Assembly: GCF_001194135.2 (NCBI RefSeq) | Contig: NC_068986.1 | Span: 13,192,847-13,230,178 of the forward strand | Direction: 5' to 3' | Source of the DNA: Octopus bimaculoides | Lineage: Eukaryota | Length of the DNA stretch: 37,332 bases | Shown here: one piece after another, positions 11,146 to 20,530 of the stretch | How the letters are laid out: each line of letters begins with the position of its first letter | How positions within the stretch are numbered: position 1 is the stretch's first letter | The notes under the pieces: model-generated | Database searches by the model: none | The model's input: the letters and a program-made list of their open reading frames with translations, nothing else | Told to the model about the DNA's origin: nothing | Position numbers and translations under genes: made by a program

Positions 11146-11495
11146 TGCTAAATTGTTTTACCTTGACTTGGGCCCTAAATTCCCCGACGAGATTAGAAAG
11201 GTACCGATATGACATACATGATGTCTTGGACAGCTTTAGACTTAGCAGACCCATCTCTTTGCAAGTCTTATCTCAGCCGATTCTCTTCCAGAAGATACAA
11301 AACTTAGAAAGGCCTATGGAGAAAGGGTCACGAAAGAAGGAAAGGCAAAGTTGATCTCACTAGGGTTTGAACTCTGAGAGCAAGGAGCTGGAACGATTAC
11401 CACAAAGCAATTTTTCCGACGCTCTAACGTTTTAGCCAATTGGCAAATTATTGTTGATATGCTAAACTCGATACAATATCAATAACGGTTTTACT

Positions 11496-11715
11496 AATAA
11501 TCCTTTCTACCATCGGCACAAGACCTGAAATTTTCGGGGAGAAAACTAGTCGATTACATCGACCCCAGTACTCAGCTGGTACTTAATTTATCGACCTCGA
11601 AAGGATGAAGGGCGAAGTCGACCTAGGTGGAACTTGAACTCAGAACGTAGCAACGGGAGAAATACCGCTAAGCATTTCGCCCGGCGTGTTAATGATTCTG
11701 CCCGTTCGCCGCCTT
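11496..11715 (-). mobile_element. SINE family B, near full length
   Basis: Full head and tail, with an imperfect flanking direct repeat (TAACGGTTTTACTAATAA / TAATGGTTACTAATAA). Confidence 0.9.
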
Positions 11716-12099
11716 ATAATGGTTACTAATAACAAGGCCACAAATTTGGATAAGAGGGTAGAGTTGGTTTTATATGCAAAGAGGAAAAATAGAACTCAAA
11801 ATATGAGTAAGTGTATATTTTTATATTTAGCAGCAGTAAAAGAGTGACTGTTACTTTTGCTAAATATTAGTACACAAACACACGTACGTACGTATCTATG
11901 TATATATGTCTGTGTGTCTGTATGTACAGACTACAATTTGATTCCAGCAGTTTAATTTCCGGTAAACTTTTTCTTTACTTTTCATTTTTTTTTTCTCCAT
12001 CGATTTTTATCTTTCAGCTATAACTCTCATTTTCTTCCTGTCGTCTGCTATTCTTGGCAAGCAGACGACAACTTCTTTTCACTTCGTTGTTATTTCAGT

Positions 12100-12216
12100 C
12101 TTCGTCGTCTTTGTCTTCTTCTTCTTCTTCTTCTTCTTCATTTTCTTCTTCTTCTTCTTCTTCTTCTTCTTCTTTTTCTTCTTTTTCTTCTTCTTCTTCT
12201 TCTTCCTTCTTCGTCC
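12100..12216. repeat. (CTT)n trinucleotide repeat next to the 10-N gap
   Basis: Directly visible. Confidence 0.95.
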
Positions 12217-12605
12217 NNNNNNNNNNCCCCATCTTTTATTTGTTCATACTGTTTTCTGTCCCCCCCCCCACTTGCTCTTTCTCTCGTTCCCCTTCCCCGT
12301 TGTCTCTTTCTTTAAAAGTTCTTTCGAAAATAAAGGGCGTTGCACGTTTTCTTCTTAGGCCCACCAAAACTCAAGATAGAATGGGTTTAGTGTTTACTTC
12401 AAATTCTTCCACAGACAATTGAAGGAAAGAATACTGGTGGAACCATAAGAGCATGTAGATAGATGAGTGGAGTTAGCAGGATTAGGATTAGTTGGTATAC
12501 AGTCAGCTGCTGTAGATAAGCAAAGGCCTTTGTAGTTGTGTTTGAAGAGATAAGAATTTGTTAGAGTGGATGGGTATGTGAAATATAGTTTAAAAAAAGG
12601 CAAAT

Positions 12606-12640
<35 letters not shown>

Positions 12641-12686
12641 AAGTCTAGAATATGTCTGTATTTTTGCTAAGAAAAGGAGACCAAAT

Positions 12687-12907
12687 ATATTCTTTTCTAC
12701 TCTAGGCACAAGGCCTGAAGTATTGGGGGAGAGAGACAGTCGATTAGATCGACCCCAGTATGCAACTGGTACTTAATTTATCGACCCCCGAAGGGATGAA
12801 AGGCAAAGTCGACCTCAGCGGAATTTGAACTCAGAATGTAAAGACTGATGAAATACAGCTAAGCATATCGCCTGGCGTGTTAACGTTTTTGCCAGCTTGC
12901 CCACCTT
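12687..12907 (-). mobile_element. SINE family B, full length, with TSD
   Basis: Direct repeat GGAGACCAAAT at 12676-12686 and 12908-12918. Confidence 0.9.
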
Positions 12908-13156
12908 GGAGACCAAATCTATTGTGGTATAAATGTGGTTGTATATAAAATTATTAAGATACTGATGTTTAGGCATCATTCTATTGGTTAAAATATTGCA
13001 TTGGAATTAATATATAATTGCTCCAAAGATCTTTTTGTAGTAAAAGTCTAAAGAAGTGGTTCTTGACCATTTTTTTGCCTATAGACTCTTTTGATTCTTC
13101 TTTACTCTACTGGACCCACATATTTTGTGTAATGTTGATGTATAACCAATTCATTC

Positions 13157-13331
13157 CTATATTTAAGAGATGAGGAATTATGTACATTATTTACAATTGA
13201 CGGATATTTGCCCTCATCTTGTTTGTTGTTAACACAATGTTTTGGCTGATATACTCTCCAGCCTTCATCAGGTGTCTTGGGGAAATTTCAAACCTGGGTT
13301 CTCATTCCTAAGGTATTTTTCGATGTTGTTG

Positions 13332-13362
<31 letters not shown>

Positions 13363-13710
13363 CATTATTCAGGTCACTACCTGGAATCGAGCTCAGAATC
13401 TTGAGGTTAGTAGCCCACACTCTTAACCACTACACCACGGGCATATCGCATAGTGGTTAAGAGCACGGGCTACTAACCCCAAGATTCCAAGTTTGATTCC
13501 AGGCATTGACCTGAACAACAACAACAATAATAATAACAACAACATCAAAAATACCTTAGGAATGAGAACCCAGGTTCGAAATTTCCCCAAGGCACCTGAT
13601 GAAGGCTGGTGGGTATATCAGCTGAAGCGTTTTGTTAACAACGAACAAGATGAGGACAAATATCCGTCAATTGTAAATAATGTACATAATTCCTCATCTC
13701 TTAAATATAG
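13157..13710. mobile_element. Head-to-head palindromic dimer of a tRNA-headed element that carries a degenerate hammerhead ribozyme motif
   Basis: The arms 13157-~13437 and ~13445-13710 are imperfect reverse complements. Each has an A-box (TAGTGGTTAAG), a B-box-like motif, an (AAT/AAC)n tract and CTGATGA-stem-GAAAC-like sequence. Confidence 0.85.
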
Positions 13711-13832
13711 AAACTATTTTTATACTGAAAGACACTGTTATGAATATAAGAAACTTTTACCTATAAGATACTCCAATGTTTAAGAAGATACAGAAAATGG
13801 ATGAAATGAAACAGGTTTAGAGGTTGAAATTA

Positions 13833-13838
13833 TTTAAT
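13833..13838 (-). terminator. Candidate polyadenylation signal ATTAAA for alpha-tubulin 1
   Basis: About 52 nt after the stop. I saw no AATAAA on - until about 12240. Confidence 0.4.
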
Positions 13839-13889
13839 TCGTAGAATAATAGAGAAAGTGACATTTTTCACATAAATATATCATGGACA

Positions 13890-15053
<1,164 letters not shown>

Positions 15054-15267
15054 TTAGCATTCAGATTACTCTGTCAAAAGTGAATAAATAATATTCATAT
15101 TGTTTTGAATTAATTATGCATTCTTGTAGCTTGAAGAATTTGATGATATGATTGTTTAGTTTTAGAATGACATTGTAGGGTAGGTGTGAGAGCCTGGATC
15201 TGTCCAATTTGAACACAAAGCAGACAGAATATTTTAGCTGGATATGGCCGGCTTAAATAAAATTCAT

Positions 15268-15470
15268 CATCATCATCATCATTGTTTTAGCATCAACTTT
15301 CCTATGCTTGCATGGGTCAAACAGAATTAATTTAGGCAGGTTTACTATGGATGGATGCTTCCCCTGTCTCCAATCCTCATCTCTTTCTAAACAAGGTAAT
15401 ATTTTCCCATCACCAGACACATTTTCACAGAATATTGGAAACAAAGGGCACTGCTTGCATATGATGTTAA
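15268..15470 (-). mobile_element. Fragment of the (ATG)n-tailed repeat family
   Basis: Homologous to 7590-7715 and 33110-33250. Confidence 0.6.
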
Positions 15471-15482
15471 AGCAAAGAGACA

Positions 15483-15673
15483 GTAACACACACACACACA
15501 CATACACACACATGACAAGCTTCTTTCAGTTTCCATCTACCAAACCCACTCACTAGGCATTGGTTGGTTCAGGGCTATAGTAAAAGACACTTGCCCAAAA
15601 TGCCACACAGTAGGACTGAACTCAGAACCAGGTGATTGGGAAGCAATGTTCTTACCACAAAGCCACACTTGTG
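15483..15673 (-). mobile_element. SINE family A, 5' half
   Basis: Reverse complement of the 15962-16130 copy. Confidence 0.85.
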
Positions 15674-15961
15674 CTGATAAATTATATTATATTCACTGTT
15701 GGTTGGTGAACTCTGAGAGAAATTTCATTCTTGGTTGACACCATTTTACTTCATTTAAATCATCCATGAACCCTGGATAGTTAAATCAATAAGTATCAAT
15801 TCAATTGAGATATAACCAATTCATATCAGGCCACTGTACTGTAGCCAAGCTCAAGATACTTGGCTTCCAATTACTGAATCTAATTATCTTTAATCAATTA
15901 TTTTGGCCAATATAACTCATCACTGTAAACAGCTGCAACCTTAGAATTGATTATTTTTGCC

Positions 15962-16127
15962 TAGGCACAGGAGTGGCTGTGTGGTAAGAAGCTTGCTTAC
16001 CAACCTCATGGTTCCGAGTTCAGTCCCACTGCATGGCACCTTGGGCAAGTGTCTTCTACTATAGCCTCGGGCCGACCAAAGCCTTGTGAGTGGAGTTAGT
16101 TGAATGGAATTGAAAGAAGCCCGTCAG

Positions 16128-16171
<44 letters not shown>

Positions 16172-16172
16172 G
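15962..16172 (+). mobile_element. SINE family A, 5' half plus (TA)n
   Basis: tRNA-like head GTGGTAAGAAGCTTGC...GAGTTCAGTCCC. Confidence 0.9.
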
Positions 16173-16182
16173 TGTGTATGTA

Positions 16183-16272
16183 TTAACAACAAACAAGATG
16201 AGGCAAATATCTGTCAAATGTAAATAATGTAAATAATGTACATAATTCCTCATCTCTTAAATATAGAACTGT
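16183..16272 (+). mobile_element. Terminal fragment of the hammerhead-bearing element family
   Basis: Matches 13635-13713 (TTAACAACAAACAAGATGAGG...CTCTTAAATATAGAAC). Confidence 0.8.
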
Positions 16273-16587
16273 AATAAAAAAAATACGGTACTAATTCTTC
16301 CTGCAGAAAGTTTTATTGGCAATGGCCCAGAGACTTATCTAGAAGGAGATTTATCCCTCATCTTTTTAATTCTTTGGTAATCTGAATTGAGCACCAGTCC
16401 TGGAAATTCTTGCAATTTGGAAACGATTTGTTTGTTAGCTTGTGTGACTGATACCCTTGAGAAAGTATAAAGACATCATCTGAGCAGCCCTTTTTGCCTT
16501 GGCGTAAGAAAAACTAAACAGTCTGGAACAGACAATCAATCGTGTCTCCATAACTAATAACGGATGTTATTGAACATGGAGCATTTA

Positions 16588-16868
16588 TAGGTGCAGACAT
16601 AACTGTGTGGTTAAAATGTTTGCCTCCCTACCATGTGGCTTCAGGTTCAGTTCCGCTGCATGGCACCTTGGGCAAGCATCTTCTACTATAGCTTTGGGCC
16701 AACTAACAGCTTGTGAGTGGACTGGTTCGGCAGAAACCAAATAGAGTGTGTGCGTGCATGTGTGTATGTGTGTGTGCACACGCGCATGTGTATATGCATG
16801 CATATATGTATGTGTGCATGTGCATGGCGTATGTGTGTGTATGCATGTGTGCATGTGCATATGTGTTG
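16588..16868 (+). mobile_element. SINE family A, 5' half plus (TG)n-like tract
   Basis: Homologous to the other family A copies. Confidence 0.8.
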
Positions 16869-17105
16869 GTGTATCTAATTTATGGGCTCTCAGATTGTTA
16901 ATAGAGTTGTAATTTGCAACTAAATCAAAGCTACCCTGCTTTAGAGATGAAGTAAGCTTAATTATAATTAAATCTCTTAATACCATTTCCAAAAATTTTA
17001 ATTTCTGTAATTAATTTCCTCAGTATCTAAGAACAACAAGTAATTAGACAAAGACTCCCTCAAATTATTTTTCATTCTCAAAAATTGCTTTTAAACTGTA
17101 CCATT

Positions 17106-17320
17106 TTATTTATAATGGATGGATAGGTGTCCTCATCATGTTTGTTCTTATCACAGTGTTTCGGCTGATCTACTCTCCAGTCTTCATCAGGTGTTCAAAT
17201 AAAGGGTTGGATTCGAAATTCCACCAGAGTTCATCAGCCGAAACTCTAACAACAAACAAGATGAGGGCACCTGTCCATTGTAAATAATGTACATAATTTC
17301 TCATCCCAAAAATATAGAAT
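17106..17320. mobile_element. Internally deleted, tails-out inverted copy of the hammerhead-bearing element
   Basis: The left part is a - strand copy with CTGATGA (17184-17190) and GAAAC (17158-17162). The right part is a + strand copy from CAGCCGAAAC to ATATAGAA. Confidence 0.8.
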
Positions 17321-17639
17321 ACTGTACCATTGTGTTGTTCCTTGCCTGAGCCATTTCATGCCCTGAAAATCCAGTAGTGGTGGCCCTGGTTCAGGAGTTC
17401 CATGGTTTTGAGGAGTGTAGAACCACCTCTCAGCCACTTGTTCCCAAGTTGGCTCTGACCCAGTGTAGTAGTACCTGTCAGGCCTCCAGCTATGAGTTAA
17501 TTACCATGTCACACTATTACTTTTGGACAGTGCTCACAAGACATCCCAATGGGGCCAGGGCAGATAAGGCCTTTTAGCCCATTAACTGTCCATCTAAGAG
17601 AAGATAATTCTATATCAATCCTATATCCTGATAACTATT

Positions 17640-18038
17640 CTTTTCTACTCTAGGCACAAGGCCCAACATTTTGGGAAAGGGTACCAGTCAATTAGATCGA
17701 CCCTCTGTACGCAACTGGTACTTAATTTATCGACCCCGAAAGGATGAAGGGCAAAGTCGACCTTGATGGAATTTGAACCCAGAACGTAAAGACGGACAAA
17801 ATACCTATTTCTTTACTGCCCACAAGGGGCTACACACAGAGGGGACAAACAAGGACAGACAAACGGATTAAGTCGATTATATCGACCCCAGTGCATAACT
17901 GGTACTTAATTTATCGACCCCGAAAGGATGAAAGGCAAAGTCGACCTCAGCGGAATTTGAACTCAGAACGCAGTGGCAGACGAAATACCGCTAAGCATTT
18001 CGCCCGGCGTGCTAATGATTCTGCCAGCTCGCCACCTT
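17640..18038 (-). mobile_element. Dimeric SINE family B insertion with one 15-bp TSD
   Basis: ATCCTGATAACTATT at 17625-17639 and 18039-18053 brackets two units. Confidence 0.9.
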
Positions 18039-18112
18039 ATCCTGATAACTATTGGGCTCATGGCATTGTTACACCAGACCAATACAAGGTTGGCACAAAC
18101 TATGCACACTAT

Positions 18113-18225
18113 GATAATCCTTTCTACTGAAAGCACAAGGCCTCAAATTTGGGGGAAGGGATTAAGTTGATTACATTGATCCCAGTGCATGACTGGTACT
18201 TGTTTGATTGACCACCAAAAGGACG
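18113..18225 (-). mobile_element. SINE family B, 3' fragment
   Basis: Homologous tail and core, head missing. Confidence 0.7.
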
Positions 18226-18606
18226 AAAGTATGCACACTGTAATAATAATCATTGTACAAGTCAAGGCCGACAGGAAGCGGTGCAGCTTCCTAGGTCTAA
18301 CCGACAGTAGTATTATTCCCTTCAGGGGACTGTCACATTCAGTTGACAGCATACAACTACTTCATCGTATCACTACTGCATAAATCTCTCTGAGAGATTT
18401 AGAAATGTTTTATTTCTAAATCGTACGAGTTGTTCTGCAAACTGAAACACTTGTCACAATTTTGTAACAAAGAACTCTGTGGAGTTGAGTCTTACTGATT
18501 CCTCATGCATTGAAAGAACAAGTGAGTCCACCATTTATTCAAAAGAGATGTTTTACAACATGGTGCTTCATTGCAAATAACATCAAATATATAGTAAGTA
18601 TATTCA

Positions 18607-18941
18607 TAGGTGCAGGCGTGGCTGTGTGGTAAGAAACTTGCTTCCCACCCCATAGTTCCAGGTTCAGTCCCAATGCATGGCACCTTGGAAAAGTGTCTTC
18701 TACTATAGCCTCAGGCTGACCATAGCCTTATGAGTAGATTTGTTAGATAGAAACTGAAAGAAGCCCATCATATATATATATACGTATATATATGTAAATG
18801 TTTGTGTGCCTGTATTTGCCCCCCCCCCCATCACTTGACAACCACTGCATGGCACCTTGGGAAAGTGTTTTCTACTATAGCCTCAGGCCGATCAAAGCCT
18901 TGTGAGTAGATTTGTTAGATAGAAACCAAAAGAAGCCCTTC

Positions 18942-19030
<89 letters not shown>

Positions 19031-19258
19031 GTATGCATGTATGTATATATGTATGTATTTGTGTGTCTGTGTTTATCCTCCCACCATCGCTTGACAACCG
19101 ATGTGTGTTTATGTCCCTTGTAACCTAGCAGTTCAGCCAAAGAGACCAACAGAATAAGTACTAGGCTTACAAAGAATAAGTACCGGGGTCGATTTGTTTG
19201 ACTAAAGGCGGTGCTCCGGTATGGCTGCAGGCAAATGAGTGAAAAAGTAGAAGAGTAC
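18607..19258 (+). mobile_element. SINE family A with an internal tandem duplication and a long (TA)n
   Basis: The segment GCATGGCACCTTGG...GAAAGAAGCCC occurs twice (about 18674 and 18847). The tail ends about 17 nt from the exon-2 donor. Confidence 0.85.
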
Positions 19259-19276
19259 TGCTGAAACATTGCTTAC

Positions 19277-19499
19277 CGACAACTGTAGGCTCCAAATCAA
19301 CAAAGACAGCTCTCGGAACATGTTTCCCAGAACCCGTCTCACTGAAGAAGGTGTTGAAGGAGTCATCACTACCACCAACTGTCTTATCAGATGGCATTTG
19401 ACCATTTGGCTGAATTCCATGTTCAAGACAGTACAACTCCCAGCAGGCATTACCAATCTGGACACCAGCTTGTCCAACATGTATACTGATACACTCACG
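19277..19499 (-). CDS. TUBA: Alpha-tubulin 1, exon 2 ([39 protein letters not shown]...EPTVV), 223 nt
   Basis: AG acceptor at 19500-19501 and GTAAGC donor ending at 19276. K40 is retained. Confidence 0.97.
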
Positions 19500-19789
19500 C
19501 TGAAAAAAACAAGCAACAACAAAAACGTTTAGTGTTAAATAAAAATATCAAAACCTCTGGGGTCTAATAGTGCATTGCTGTTTTGATGGTATATAATTAT
19601 AAACTATGGAGCTCAACATATTAATTAGACTGAGTGACCCCTAAATGAGTAAAGCGAAGGAAACAGAATAAAAATATTTTTTATCAAGGTAAAAATAGCT
19701 TTTTATATCAGCAGTTGATGTTTGTGAATCATTAACACTGAAAATGAAAACGAAAATAAACACAAATTAGAATAGAGTAGAGAATTATT

Positions 19790-19900
19790 AGTGCTGACAT
19801 GGTTTGGTGGTTAAGAATTTTGATAGTCAACCAAATAGTCTCAGGTTCAGTCCCACTGCATGGCACCTTATTTTATACACACACACACACACACACATAT
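19790..19900 (+). mobile_element. SINE family A head fragment
   Basis: GGTTCAGTCCCACTGCATGGCACCTT followed by (CA)n. Confidence 0.65.
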
Positions 19901-20048
19901 ATGTATATCAAAAGATGTGTTATAACACTATTCCACATATACACAAACAGTCGTACCAGCAATCCAACATACCTCAATCATCAGCTGCCTCACTTATATC
20001 ATTATGGTTTTGACTTAAAAGTTAAATCATTAACAAATTTGTTAACTA

Positions 20049-20174
20049 AAATTAATAGTTATCGCCAAGCCAACATGGCAGTCCCAAAATTAGGACGAAA
20101 GCTGCCGTGAATTCACGGCAGCTTTCGTCCTAATTTTGGGACTGCCATGTTGGCTTGGCGATAACTATTAATTT
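20049..20174. repeat. Perfect 126-bp palindrome with no spacer
   Basis: 63/63 nt arm identity checked base by base. The centre is GAA|TTC at 20111/20112. Confidence 0.97.
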
Positions 20175-20336
20175 CCAGTACCGCTGCCGTAGTCTCCTTT
20201 AGAGAGACTTAGAAATATTAATAACTAAATTTGTTAACTTCGTTAATTAATGACTAACAGTTTGGTGCCTAGGTTTGGTACCATTTCTGGTCTCCTATGT
20301 ATTGATATGCCTAGATTCTACTGAATCCTATAACTA

Positions 20337-20382
<46 letters not shown>

Positions 20383-20384
20383 GG

Positions 20385-20530
20385 AGAGACGTGGTTATGT
20401 GGTTGACAAAACTTGCATTCTAACTTTGTGGTTTTGGACTTAGTTCTACAGTGTAATACTTTGAACTGGCATCTTTTACTGTAGCCCTGGGCTGACCAAA
20501 GCCTTGTGGTTGGATTTGGTTAATGGAAAA
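20385..20530 (+). mobile_element. Degenerate SINE family A 5' half
   Basis: CTTTTACTGTAGCCCTGGGCTGACCAAAGCCTTGTGG matches the family A core. Confidence 0.6.

Noticed and set aside
12843-12860. CTGATGAAAT resembling a hammerhead core (also CTGATGAGG on - at about 23735)
   Set aside because: The first is a mutated SINE-B segment (consensus GACGGACGAAATAC). Neither has stem II or a correctly placed GAAA.
13440-13515. tRNA-like sequence with a CUACUAA loop, which also contains the branch-point-like TACTAAC
   Set aside because: It is the head of a repeated element with a degenerate B-box and no proper acceptor stem, so not a tRNA gene. The TACTAAC is incidental.
20278-20290. ATG|GTACCA on - as an alternative tubulin first exon
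   Set aside because: The donor is weak and the context is not promoter-like. The 28249 site has a consensus donor and an A-rich start context.
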